Shown: in pieces, positions 26,828 through 36,460 of the stretch
How positions within the stretch are numbered: position 1 is the first letter of the stretch
Layout: each line of letters starts with the position of its first letter
Source of the DNA: an uncultured Pseudomonadales bacterium
GTDB lineage: Bacteria; Patescibacteriota; Microgenomatia; UBA1400; UBA1396
Length of the DNA stretch: 64,000 nt
Direction: 5' to 3'
Assembly (NCBI GenBank): GCA_964511175.1
Contig: CAZEEI010000003.1
Location: 77,716-141,715, forward strand
Notes under the pieces: generated by a model
Told to the model about the DNA's origin: nothing
Database searches by the model: none
What the model saw: only the letters and a program-made list of their open reading frames with translations
Made by a program: the position numbers and the translations under genes

Positions 26828-28465
26828 ATGTCATTATTTAAGTCTTTTTCACAAGCTTTTCGCACCAAGGGTGCCGTTGGTCAGGCCAAGCGGCCGGCTG
26901 GAGCGCCCAAAGCGCCGCCCTCTTCTTATCTGCGTCCCAACAAACGCCGGAATAAGGATCAACGGTTGCCAGCCTCCGGCGCCGCTGTGTCAGTACCAGC
27001 TAATCAGGCTGCTCAGGTAATTCAACCAGTAATGCCGCCATCCGCGGCGGTGATAGCGGCGGAAGACAAATTGCGGGCGGCAGAAGCGCGGGCGCGTGAA
27101 GTACTGATTGAGGCCAAATCGGAAGCCTTGCATATTCGGGAGAAAGCCGAACAAGATGCTCACCAGCTGCAAACCGCTTTAGTCGAACAGCAAAAATCGT
27201 TGGATCACCAGCTTTCTAATCTCAACCAGCGTCTGGAACAGATTGATAAGCGGGAAGAGCTAGTCGACAATAAATTAGAGTCGCTGGATAAACAGAAGCG
27301 CGAGTTGGTTGAAAAACAAGAAGACCTAATCAATGAACTAGAGCAGGTCAGCGGCTTAACCCGCGACCAGGCTAAACAAGAGATTCTGGCCCGACTTGAG
27401 CGTGCCGTGGATCGGCAAGCGGCCCAGTTGATTCAGCAAAAATTGACGCTGGCTCAAGAAGAAGCCGACCTAAAGGCTAAAGAACTTTTGGTGGATGCCA
27501 TGAAGCATGGCGCTACGGACTACGTTTCGGAATACACTATTTCGGCGGTCAAGCTGGCGGATGCGGAAATGAAGGGTCGCATCATCGGCAAGGACGGACG
27601 CAACATCCGTGCCTTTGAACGGGTTACCGGCGTCGACGTAGATTTGGATGAAACGCCGGACGAAGTACGTCTATCCTCATTTGACCCGGTGCGGCGCGAG
27701 ATTGCCCGCGTAGCCTTGGAGCGATTGCTTAAAGATGGCCGGATTCAGCCGTCGCGGATTGAAGAAGTGGTCGCCAAAGTGGCCACGGAAATCAATAAGC
27801 TGATGTTTGAAGAAGGCAAAAAGCTTTGTCATAAAGTGGGCATCTATAATTTGCCGCACGACATTATCAACTTGTTGGGCCGGTTTAAGTACCGCTTCTC
27901 TTATGGCCAGAACCTGATTCAGCACACGCTGGAAGAAACACAAATCGGGATCAAAATGGCCAACGAGCTAGGTTTGGACGTACGGATTGTGACCATGGGC
28001 TGTTTACTTCACGATATCGGCAAAATTGTCGAAGGCGAAGGCAACCATATTGAGCTTGGTGTCCAGTTACTTAAGCAATACAGTATCGATCCGCTGGTAA
28101 TCGATTGTGTCGCTCAGCATCATGAGGACCAACCGTTTACGTCGCTAGAATCTTATTTGGTTTACATTGCCGATGCTATTTCCGGTTCACGGCCGGGTGC
28201 TCGGAGTGAGAACCATGAGGAATACGTCAAGCGTTTGACCAAATTGGAAGAAATTGCCGACTCTTACGAAGGTGTGCAGAAGTCTTTTGCAATTCAGGCC
28301 GGCCGGGAAGTACGTGTGTTGCTGATCCCAGATAAATCGAGTGACCGCGACGCCACTGTTTTGGCCCAAAAGATTGCCGAACGCTACGAACAGGAAATGA
28401 CTTATCCCGGCACAATTACCGTAACCGTGATCCGCGAAGTGCGTGGCAATGCGGTAGCAAAATAG
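26828..28465 (+). CDS. rny: ribonuclease Y
   Basis: coiled coil, KH (KGRIIGKDGRNIR), RFSYGQN, HD (LLHDIGK), AIQAGRE. Confidence 0.96.
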   Translation: MSLFKSFSQAFRTKGAVGQAKRPAGAPKAPPSSYLRPNKRRNKDQRLPASGAAVSVPANQAAQVIQPVMPPSAAVIAAEDKLRAAEARAREVLIEAKSEALHIREKAEQDAHQLQTALVEQQKSLDHQLSNLNQRLEQIDKREELVDNKLESLDKQKRELVEKQEDLINELEQVSGLTRDQAKQEILARLERAVDRQAAQLIQQKLTLAQEEADLKAKELLVDAMKHGATDYVSEYTISAVKLADAEMKGRIIGKDGRNIRAFERVTGVDVDLDETPDEVRLSSFDPVRREIARVALERLLKDGRIQPSRIEEVVAKVATEINKLMFEEGKKLCHKVGIYNLPHDIINLLGRFKYRFSYGQNLIQHTLEETQIGIKMANELGLDVRIVTMGCLLHDIGKIVEGEGNHIELGVQLLKQYSIDPLVIDCVAQHHEDQPFTSLESYLVYIADAISGSRPGARSENHEEYVKRLTKLEEIADSYEGVQKSFAIQAGREVRVLLIPDKSSDRDATVLAQKIAERYEQEMTYPGTITVTVIREVRGNAVAK

Positions 28466-28537
28466 GGCTGGCAAAAACAAAAAAGATGGGTACAATAGGG
28501 GTCTCTGCCCTATGAATCTATATAAAGGAGAATTGCT

Positions 28538-28813
28538 ATGACCAAGTCACAGCTGATCGCGGTAGTCGCGAAGAAAGCCAACCTAACTCAAAAAGCCGCC
28601 ATGGAAGCAGTGGAAGCTTTCCTTGAGGAAACCTCCCGCGCTTTAGCCAAAGGCGATAAAGTGCTTTGGTCTGGTTTTGGTACTTTCGACGTCCGCAAAG
28701 TTGCCGACAAGCGTGTAGTGCCGTTTGGCCGCACCGAACTTACCCGCGTGATTAAGAGTCACCGCGTGGTGAACTTCAAGGCGGGCAAACCTCTGAAGGA
28801 AGTAATCAAATAA
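28538..28813 (+). CDS. hup: HU family DNA-binding protein
   Basis: MTKSQLI, GFGTF, FKAGKPLKE. Confidence 0.93.
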   Translation: MTKSQLIAVVAKKANLTQKAAMEAVEAFLEETSRALAKGDKVLWSGFGTFDVRKVADKRVVPFGRTELTRVIKSHRVVNFKAGKPLKEVIK

Positions 28814-28825
28814 ATTGATTTTTAG

Positions 28826-28868
28826 ATCCGCCGACTCTCTTTGTTAAGAGGAGAGTGGGCGGATTTTG
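28826..28868 (+). terminator. intrinsic terminator after hup
   Basis: ATCCGCC..ACTCTC/GAGAGT.GGCGGAT + T run. Confidence 0.65.
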
Positions 28869-28901
28869 TTTATGATATGCTGATAAAAAGGGGCAAAGTG
28901 T

Positions 28902-29147
28902 ATGGTAACTTCACGTAAGCAGGAAACAGAAGATGACTGGGAAATTACGCCAGAAATCCGGGAGAGAACAAAAAGAGGGAGTGAACGAGCCAGACTTAGG
29001 CGGGAAAAATTGCTGAACACTACAGCACCGTGTGACGTTTGTGGTGCAATAGGAAAATTTGTAAGATATGCCGGTCATCCCGCACGCCCGGCTAAGCTCT
29101 TTCGATGTGACAATAACCATGAGTTTTATGTTGTTGCTGGACGCTAA
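28902..29147 (+). CDS. small Zn-ribbon-like protein
   Basis: CDVC...CDNNH. Confidence 0.55.
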   Translation: MVTSRKQETEDDWEITPEIRERTKRGSERARLRREKLLNTTAPCDVCGAIGKFVRYAGHPARPAKLFRCDNNHEFYVVAGR

Positions 29148-29149
29148 AC

Positions 29150-29907
29150 TTATTCGTTAGTGTTGACTGAGGAAATAAATTCAACAAGTGACTGATTTAT
29201 CCCAGTAGGTATTGCAAAGTCTGCTCCAGGTATTGAAGTTTTTCTCTTCAGTACTATTAATTGAGCTGATTGATATACAAAAATACTGGCTTGGACTTTT
29301 TGAAATTCTTCCGGTGAGACCAATGGTAATAGCTGATGAGTAAGTCGTATATCAGGTACTTCCCAACTGTCTTTTAATGCTAGTGGATTGTCAGCGAAAA
29401 CTTTATATTCTAATATCTCTAAAATATTCCGGGCTTGTTCTGGAGAATGCGGAAAAATGCGCAAAACCGATTCAACGTTTTGTTCTACCAAGAACTGAGA
29501 CCCATCATCTTTTTTCACAATCCCTGATCGCCGACTATCTTCTGGTAATTTCCAGTCCCCATGAATAAAGCGCGATGCCCTTAACCCTATTTTCAGATCC
29601 TCCTGATTAAGGGCAGCAGCTTCAACGAGTACTTTAACCAATTGAGCAGTATGCCCAGGGGTAGTAATCGAGTGTGAATAAAAGATAGCTGGTTTTTGCT
29701 AGCTAAATTCATGGTGTCTTGAGAAAGTATGAAATTGTAACCAGTAGCTTGTTCTGCCATAAGCAAGCGGTCACCAATTGTGGTTAAGTGTTCAAAGCCG
29801 TGGGTAAACTCATCAAAATATCGGCCATGCAATTCAGATAGTCGGACAATTTCACGCCGATAATGATCAGCGAAATAATGTGCTGGTAGGCGATCTTTTT
29901 TAATCAT
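29150..29907 (-). pseudogene. hypothetical gene apparently split by a frameshift (ORFs 29593-29907 and 29150-29641)
   Basis: overlapping ORFs; downstream frame is open back to an A5 run near 29695. Confidence 0.45.
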
Positions 29908-30073
29908 GGCGAACCGGATTCTAACACTGATATGGTGTAACTAACAAACTTGGGGGTGATCGAATATTAGCGTATCATTGAAGATGGATAAGACATTAAT
30001 ATGCGGCCTCGGCAATTATAAAATCAGTGGTTTGGTTATACCCGTGTTACACTAACTGCCAGAGGTTATTACC

Positions 30074-31459
30074 ATGGATAGTATGGGTTCTACTCAAACT
30101 GAAGAAATGCCGGTTTTAGGGGTGGAGTTATCTGATGATAAAACACTCCGTCCCGGAGAAGAAATTGCTCAGGCGATAGCGGCGTGTGCGCGTGACGGCA
30201 ATTACCAAGTGGCTATTGAGCTGTTTCGTAATTCCGAACTCGAACAGTTTCGCGAGAGCATGGAAAATGGTCAGCAAGCCCTAACGACTGCCGATTCGGA
30301 AGCTATTCGGCAGTACAATAGTGAGCTCGCGGAAAGCCAAAAAATACAAGGACTTACGTCGATTTTATTGGATGAGCAAAGACGTTTGTTAGCTGAGCGC
30401 GGTATACCAAAAGGTAAAAGTGAGGCGGAAATCGCTCATGTTCAAGAAATAGTTAATGTTTGTCGCGAATATCTGCCGGAATTGCCAGTTCTCCAGTTAA
30501 TTGCTGCCGTACATGATTTGGTCAAGCAGGTCAGTCCCGATTATATGGCTTTTGGGCTTCATGAAATTATGAGCGCTCAAAATGGTAGCCAACGCTTAAA
30601 GAATCTTTTGCGGAATAGTGGTGTCGCTCAGGAAGTAGCCGATGCGGTTGGCCGTTTGGCAGCGAATGCTATTTTTTTGCATGGCTGGCAGGAGTTTCCG
30701 CAAAATGTAGGCGGTCGGAAAAAGAACGAATTGATCAGAAACAGAAGAGATGGAGACAATTGGCTGTCCGAGGCCGATCCGGTTGCTCCGCTGGATACCG
30801 ATATAGTAGTAATTCCTTCTGCCGGTCCGGATAAGTTTCCGATTTTTGAACGAGTGGAAAACGCTATGGGCGCGTTAGAGCCGAAAGAAATGGCAGAGTC
30901 AGAGGAAGCGATGGCGGCGCGTTTTATGGTTGTTGCCATGAATGTGGTGGATAAGATGGTGGGCTCATCCAATGTTTCCCTGATCAAATATATTTATTTT
31001 TACAATAGAGAGGGTATTGTTAAAGCAAACTCAGCGGCTGATTTTATCGAAAACCATGTGCTAGCTAGCTTCATGAGTAATTTAGAGGGTGATGCGTTTG
31101 ATTGGCTACAAAAGTTTGTTAAAGACCATGCTAATGGTGCGCCCAACTCCCTGCAACGGCAATTAATGGTGCGAGGAGAAACTCTTTTAGCGGTGGTGGA
31201 AGGCCGGAAAAGAGAATATGTCCAAGTCAAGGAAGCTTTAACTGTTTTAAGGGAGGAACAATTAGAGCTGTCTGTCAATCTTGACGAACAAGTATTAATT
31301 TCCGAAATGTTGGGAGAATCCGATGCGCGGAAAAAGTTAATAATGGCCCACGAATTAGCCAAGCGCAACTCTGAGCCTTGGGTAACCGCAATTTTTCAAG
31401 AATTATCTAAAAAAATAATGAATAGTCTTTTTCAGATAAAATATCCTCATCCCGAGTGA
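30074..31459 (+). CDS. hypothetical protein with HD-like motif
   Basis: H..., AAVHDLVK, HE, IFLHG, VDK in HD-fold order. Confidence 0.55.
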   Translation: MDSMGSTQTEEMPVLGVELSDDKTLRPGEEIAQAIAACARDGNYQVAIELFRNSELEQFRESMENGQQALTTADSEAIRQYNSELAESQKIQGLTSILLDEQRRLLAERGIPKGKSEAEIAHVQEIVNVCREYLPELPVLQLIAAVHDLVKQVSPDYMAFGLHEIMSAQNGSQRLKNLLRNSGVAQEVADAVGRLAANAIFLHGWQEFPQNVGGRKKNELIRNRRDGDNWLSEADPVAPLDTDIVVIPSAGPDKFPIFERVENAMGALEPKEMAESEEAMAARFMVVAMNVVDKMVGSSNVSLIKYIYFYNREGIVKANSAADFIENHVLASFMSNLEGDAFDWLQKFVKDHANGAPNSLQRQLMVRGETLLAVVEGRKREYVQVKEALTVLREEQLELSVNLDEQVLISEMLGESDARKKLIMAHELAKRNSEPWVTAIFQELSKKIMNSLFQIKYPHPE

Positions 31460-31472
31460 AATAAGTGCGGTG

Positions 31473-32630
31473 GAGACCGTTAGATTTTGGTCTCGTTTTT
31501 AAGCTAGTTTTGTTTTATCCCATCACCTAAATTGTTCCTTTCACTAGGTGGATGTACTTTATTGGGATGAAAAGTCCTAAATGTATTCACTGCCAAAATC
31601 CTAAAACACAGCGTCGGGGAAGAAGGCGAGGGAAAGAGAAATATTTCTGTCCAAGTTTCAGCCGATGGTTTCAGATAAACAGATTAGCTAGTCCAGATAA
31701 AAAAAGAATGCTTTTGGAACACTTAGATGGAAGTTCTTTTAGGACGCTAGCCAATAGATACAATATTTCCGTCTTTACAGCACATAACTGGTGCCAACAG
31801 GAGCTTGAGAAACTCCCTCACTGTGCTGATATCACCAGGCAGTATTGTAACCGTTTTTGCGGCTTTCTGCTAACGGATGGTAAGTTTGTCAAAGTGAAAG
31901 GTTATGAGCGGAAAATACCGGTAATCTATAGTATTGATTACCTCACTCACGACATCCCAACTTACTTACTAGCAGAAAGCGAAAGTTACCAAGCATGCCA
32001 GAAGCTATTTACCTCGCTAAGACTACTCAACTATCCTTTGGCTGGATTAGTAAGTGATGATAACCGCAATATTTATGAGGCTTGTGAGGCAGTTTATCCG
32101 GAAGTGGTATACCAATTGTGTTTAAACCACTACAAAGAAAACATTCGCCAAATTTTACAGGTTAGACAGGAAACAACGCCAGATTTATACAGGGTGTTTA
32201 TGAAAGCTTTAGAGCATTTGTTTTCCAAGAAGCGATCGCCGCAAGAACTAGAAGTTATTGCCAGAAGAATGGTTGATAAGTTTGGGCAGGAGCCCCAATT
32301 GTTAGCCGTCTTACTAGATCTACAGAAAAGATCCAAACAGTTATTTGCCTACCAAAATCTCAAAGGTCTACCTACTACCAATAATCTGATTGAGTCCTAC
32401 AACTCTCATCTCCAGGGCAGACTGGAAGCCATTAAAGGTTTTGAATCCTTTCACCATGCTAATCTCTGGCTTAATGGCTATTTCCTAAGAAGGAGAACCA
32501 AACCCTTCACTGACTGCATTAGAAGATTTAACTACCTAAACGGCAAAATATCGCTGTCCCAAACCCTAAAGCAAGACTCAGCAACACCAACCTTTTTCTA
32601 GGAAAAACGAGACCGTTTTCTAACGGTTGC
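31473..32630 (+). mobile_element. insertion sequence (IS256-like DDE), 1158 bp
   Basis: TIRs GAGACCGTTAGATTTTGGTCTCGTTTTT / GCAACCGTTAGAAAACGGTCTCGTTTTT; 9-bp TSD AGTGCGGTG at 31464-31472 and 32631-32639. Confidence 0.9.
31552..32601 (+). CDS. DDE transposase
   Basis: N-terminal CxxC, HTH, DGKF, VSDD, QLCLNH, TNNLIESYN. Confidence 0.85.
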   Translation: MYFIGMKSPKCIHCQNPKTQRRGRRRGKEKYFCPSFSRWFQINRLASPDKKRMLLEHLDGSSFRTLANRYNISVFTAHNWCQQELEKLPHCADITRQYCNRFCGFLLTDGKFVKVKGYERKIPVIYSIDYLTHDIPTYLLAESESYQACQKLFTSLRLLNYPLAGLVSDDNRNIYEACEAVYPEVVYQLCLNHYKENIRQILQVRQETTPDLYRVFMKALEHLFSKKRSPQELEVIARRMVDKFGQEPQLLAVLLDLQKRSKQLFAYQNLKGLPTTNNLIESYNSHLQGRLEAIKGFESFHHANLWLNGYFLRRRTKPFTDCIRRFNYLNGKISLSQTLKQDSATPTFF

Positions 32631-32637
32631 AGTGCGG

Positions 32638-32711
32638 TGTCAAGGGTGGGAGTCGAACCCACGACCTGCGGTTTATGAATCCGCCGCTCTAACCAACTGA
32701 GCTACCCTGAC
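32638..32711 (-). tRNA. tRNA with CAT anticodon (Met, or Ile2)
   Basis: GTCAGGG/CCTTGAC acceptor, GCTC/GAGC D arm, TTCATAA loop, GTGGG-TTCGACT-CCCAC; CCA not encoded. Confidence 0.93.
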
Positions 32712-32734
32712 GCGGGGTACGTGTATTATATCAG

Positions 32735-32813
32735 GCTGAGGGTGTAACCCTTCAGGCGTAGATAAACTTAGGGTTACACCTTAAACCTTTTTACGCCTGA
32801 AGGGTTACACCCT
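32735..32813. repeat. REPIN/MITE-like palindromic element, copy 2
   Basis: near-identical to 22372-22454; between divergent tRNA and rpsO promoters. Confidence 0.9.
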
Positions 32814-32887
32814 GTGCTATAATACCCACCAGAAACAACTTTACCATCTGGCGTGCGGACGCGGGATGGCCAAAGGAGGATACAACT

Positions 32888-33157
32888 ATGGCTTTAGATC
32901 CGCAAATCAAAGCACAAATTATTAAAGATTACGCCCAGGGTGACGGTGATACCGGTTCTCCTGAGGTGCAAGTGGCTTTATTGACCTCGCAAATCACTTC
33001 GTTGACCGGTCACTTAAAGACTCATAAGAAAGATAACCACTCGCGTAAAGGATTGCTGAAAATGGTGGCTAAACGCCGCCGGTTGCTTAATTTCCTGCAG
33101 AGGAAAGATGAAGCACGCTACCGCAAGCTGATCGAGCGGCTGAATTTGACCAAATAA
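32888..33157 (+). CDS. rpsO: 30S ribosomal protein S15
   Basis: [21 protein letters not shown]. Confidence 0.98.
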   Translation: MALDPQIKAQIIKDYAQGDGDTGSPEVQVALLTSQITSLTGHLKTHKKDNHSRKGLLKMVAKRRRLLNFLQRKDEARYRKLIERLNLTK

Positions 33158-33200
33158 GTTGGTAGAATAAATAAAAATGGGGTAAACCCCCCAAGAAAGG

Positions 33201-33292
33201 CAAGGGCCAACGGCTCCGCCGAGTTTTCTCAGGTACTCACAGCTAGGCTAGTGAAGTGAGTAGGTGCGAGAACTTGTGCTCCGTTTCCCTTG
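33201..33292 (+). promoter_or_regulatory. long stem-loop in pnp leader (possible RNase III processing site)
   Basis: CAAGGG/CCCTTG, AACGG/CCGTT, GAGTTTTC/GAGAACTT, TACTCAC/GTGAGTA. Confidence 0.55.
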
Positions 33293-33300
33293 AAGACAAT

Positions 33301-35553
33301 ATGTCAGAAATTTATACCCGGACCCTCCAGGTGGGCGACAAGTCCATCAAACTGGAAGTGGGTCGTTTTTCCGAGCAGGCGGAAGCCGCTGTCTTGGCGA
33401 CTTGCGGTGGCACGGTAGTGCACGCTACGGTGGCCCTAGGTGGTGAATCCAATCTTGGTTACTTCCCGCTTTCGGTTGAGTATGTTGGCAAATTATTTGC
33501 TGGTGGCCGCATTAAAGGTAGCCGTTGGGTGAAGCGCGAAGGTCGTCCAACTGACGACGCCATTCTCGCTGGTCGCGTGATTGATCGCTGCATCCGACCA
33601 CTTTTTACGGAGGGATTTAAGCGTGACGTGCAGGTGGTGACGACAGTGCTTTCCGTTGACCTAGTGAATGATCCGGATATGGTGGCTCTACTGGCCGCTG
33701 GTGCTGCCGTGGAAATTTCTTCCATTCCGTTTGATGGGCCGATTGCTGGTTTGCGCGTTGGTTACTTGGCGGACGAAGATCGTTTTATCTTCAACCCGAC
33801 TCATGAGGAACAGGACAAATCCCAACTTGACTTAATCTTGGCTGGTACCCAGGACGCGATCGTGATGGTTGAGGCTGGTGCCAACGAAGTTACGGAAGCA
33901 GTGATGCTTCGCGCCTTCGAGGAAGGTCAAGCCGTGATTGCTCAACTGGCCGCCGAATTGGGTCAGATGCGCAGTGAAATCGGCAAGCCGAAGTTTGAGT
34001 TTGTGGCTCCCCACTTTGATGAAGAACTTCTCACTAAGCTGTCGACTCGCTTTGGTGAGCAGATTAAAGAGGCCGTGCGTCGCCGCGCTGCTTTGGAAAA
34101 GGACGATGGCCTGAAAGCGATTGTCACTCAACTAATCGAAGAGGACGAAACTCTCAAGGATCAGCCGTTGTACGATATGCTCAACAAGCTCGCTAAGAAG
34201 GAAGCCCGTCGTGGCACTCTGGAAGAAGGTATCCGTCCCGATGGCCGCAAACCTGACGAAATCCGAGCAATTACTTGTGAGATTGACGTTTTACCAATGA
34301 CTCACGGTTCAGCGATGTTTAAACGCGGTTCTACTCAAGTTTTGAGTGTGGTCACGTTGGGTTCGCCAGCCTTGGCCCAGTTGATTGAGGACATGGAGGG
34401 CGAAGAAGAACGCCACTATATCCATCACTACAACATGCCGCCGTTTGCTTCCGGTGAGGCTGGTCGTTTGGGTTCACCCAAGCGCCGCGAAGTTGGTCAT
34501 GGGGCGCTCGCGGAGCGGGCTCTCAAACCAATGATTCCCCCGCAGACCGAGTTTCCTTACACCATCCAGGTTGTTTCGGAAGTGATGAGCTCTAACGGTT
34601 CTACTTCTCAGGCTTCGGTGTGTGGTTCTACCCTGTCGCTAATGGCCGCTGGCGTGCCAATCCGCAAGCCGGTATCCGGTATCGCGATGGGCTTACTCAA
34701 GGAAGACGACCAAATTGTGGTCTTGTCTGACATCCAAGGTTTGGAAGACTTCACTGGCGACATGGACTTCAAAGTAGCCGGTACCACCGATGGTATTACT
34801 GCTATGCAGATGGACATCAAGATCAAGGGTATTCCCATGGCCGTGATGCACCAAGCTTTGGAACAAGCCCGGGTTGGCCGGCTGTTTATCCTAGACAAGA
34901 TGTTGGCGACCATTGCTCAACCGCGTCCGGAGTTAGCACCCAACGCTCCTAAAGTGGAAAGTGTGATGATCCCGATCAGCCGAATCGGTGAGTTGATTGG
35001 TCCTGGTGGCAAAACCATTAAGGCCATCAAGGAACGCACCGGCGCCGATATCGATGTTAATGACGACGGTATGGTCAGTGTCAGTTCGCCCGATGCTCAA
35101 GCTATCAAAGACACGGTCAAGATTATCCAAGACATGATGCTGGAAATTGTGCCTGGCATGGAGTTTGACGGCAAAGTAACCCGAATTGAGGATTACGGCG
35201 CTTTTGTCGAACTAGTGCCTGGCCAGACTGGTTTGGCGCATGTTTCCATGATGGCGACTGGCTACGTTAAGAATCCGCGCGAGATTGTCGCTTTGGACGA
35301 TATCGTGCATGTTCGCGTCGCCGATGTGGATGGTGACCGAATTCGTTTGAGTTTCTTAACCGCCGAACAAGAAGCGGAAGCCGCCGCCAATCGCCCGCTA
35401 CGCGAACCGCGTGAAGGTGGGGATCGTGGTGGACGCAGCTTTGGTGGTCGCGATCGCGGTGGACGCGGTGGTGGCCGCTTTGGCGGTCGGGGTGGTGATC
35501 GGGGCGGCAGCCGTTACGGCGGCCGGGACGATCGCGGCCCACGGCGCGACTAA
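33301..35553 (+). CDS. pnp: polyribonucleotide nucleotidyltransferase
   Basis: two RNase PH domains, RREVGHG, SNGS, GDMDFKVAG, KH, S1, RGG tail. Confidence 0.97.
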   Translation: MSEIYTRTLQVGDKSIKLEVGRFSEQAEAAVLATCGGTVVHATVALGGESNLGYFPLSVEYVGKLFAGGRIKGSRWVKREGRPTDDAILAGRVIDRCIRPLFTEGFKRDVQVVTTVLSVDLVNDPDMVALLAAGAAVEISSIPFDGPIAGLRVGYLADEDRFIFNPTHEEQDKSQLDLILAGTQDAIVMVEAGANEVTEAVMLRAFEEGQAVIAQLAAELGQMRSEIGKPKFEFVAPHFDEELLTKLSTRFGEQIKEAVRRRAALEKDDGLKAIVTQLIEEDETLKDQPLYDMLNKLAKKEARRGTLEEGIRPDGRKPDEIRAITCEIDVLPMTHGSAMFKRGSTQVLSVVTLGSPALAQLIEDMEGEEERHYIHHYNMPPFASGEAGRLGSPKRREVGHGALAERALKPMIPPQTEFPYTIQVVSEVMSSNGSTSQASVCGSTLSLMAAGVPIRKPVSGIAMGLLKEDDQIVVLSDIQGLEDFTGDMDFKVAGTTDGITAMQMDIKIKGIPMAVMHQALEQARVGRLFILDKMLATIAQPRPELAPNAPKVESVMIPISRIGELIGPGGKTIKAIKERTGADIDVNDDGMVSVSSPDAQAIKDTVKIIQDMMLEIVPGMEFDGKVTRIEDYGAFVELVPGQTGLAHVSMMATGYVKNPREIVALDDIVHVRVADVDGDRIRLSFLTAEQEAEAAANRPLREPREGGDRGGRSFGGRDRGGRGGGRFGGRGGDRGGSRYGGRDDRGPRRD

Positions 35554-35578
35554 ACGCAAATAAATAGAAATTGACGAG

Positions 35579-35601
35579 AGCGGGCGGCAACGCCCGCTTT
35601 T
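35579..35601 (+). terminator. intrinsic terminator after pnp
   Basis: AGCGGGCG-GCAA-CGCCCGCT-TTT. Confidence 0.8.
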
Positions 35602-35680
35602 GGTAGGTGGCGACTGCTTGTGTCTGATGTAAATTTGGCTATAATTTGAGCAGGTTTAGGTAGTAAAGGGAAAGGATAGC

Positions 35681-36022
35681 ATGAGCGGTACTTTGAGAGG
35701 AGATCTGGAAACTGGTTATGAGCATGGTCGTGTTCCAGGAGTGGAAAAGGATGAAGGGTACATAGTAGTTTTTAAGGATGGGCTTAGCTACACCGCGACG
35801 TATTTTAAATCAAGGGAAGCATTCCTCTAGAGCCAAAGCCAGTAAGGTGAAGTAGTGGCAGAAGGAGTAACTGTACAGGAAGCACAGTCTATGTGTGGTG
35901 ACGCGTTTATTGAAAATATAGGTTCTATTGCGGCAATGGTAGCCAAAATGACGCCTGAGCGACAAGAGCTTGAAGAGAGAAATATGGTTTTTGTGCTTCG
36001 GTCGCTGTTTGGTAAAAATTAA
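35681..36022 (+). pseudogene. hypothetical ORF with two in-frame stops
   Basis: RBS AAAGGA + ATG; TAG 35828 and TAA 35843, then frame stays open to 36022. Confidence 0.4.
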
Positions 36023-36039
36023 CGAGAGGCAGAGACAAT

Positions 36040-36408
36040 ATGTCAGACAACCGCTTGACCCGAGAAATCCGAGGAGTGGCCGCTGCGCCGCAGGTGGAAA
36101 CGGAACCTCCCTTTCTCCAGAAGATTTGGGCGCTATATCTCCAGACCATAACTCATTATCTAATCAAAGAATTAGTGCCACTAGGATTGCAAAGTTGTGA
36201 TCAGCCATTGATTTGGAGTGAACAGACCCTGGCGGCTTCTACTCTCGTAGTTCCTTTAAGCGCCCCTTCAGAAGACGAGTTCGCTCATTGGTGGCTAGTG
36301 AGCCCCAATAGTGTCAACATTGATCTTAGCTCGCTGAGAGAAAAAGATCGTTTGGCTTTACATAGGTGGTTCCAGAAACATGCCCCCCAGCAAATTACCG
36401 AGACCTAA
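36040..36408 (+). CDS. hypothetical protein
   Basis: 122-aa ORF. Confidence 0.5.
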   Translation: MSDNRLTREIRGVAAAPQVETEPPFLQKIWALYLQTITHYLIKELVPLGLQSCDQPLIWSEQTLAASTLVVPLSAPSEDEFAHWWLVSPNSVNIDLSSLREKDRLALHRWFQKHAPQQITET

Positions 36409-36460
36409 TCTTATTGACAGCCAATCGACAGATCCGTCTTAACTCGGTTATGATGAAGCT

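Noticed and set aside
22372-32813. CRISPR array from the palindromic repeats
   Set aside because: Two isolated copies 10 kb apart, no spacers, no cas genes
32844-32869. S15 autoregulatory leader hairpin
   Set aside because: A small hairpin is present but I cannot match it to a known S15 leader class by eye
35410-35550. GGTGG/CGCGG-rich repeats
   Set aside because: Encode the RGG low-complexity tail of PNPase
35828-35845. Stop-codon recoding
   Set aside because: TAA, TAG and TGA all end conserved genes normally in this window
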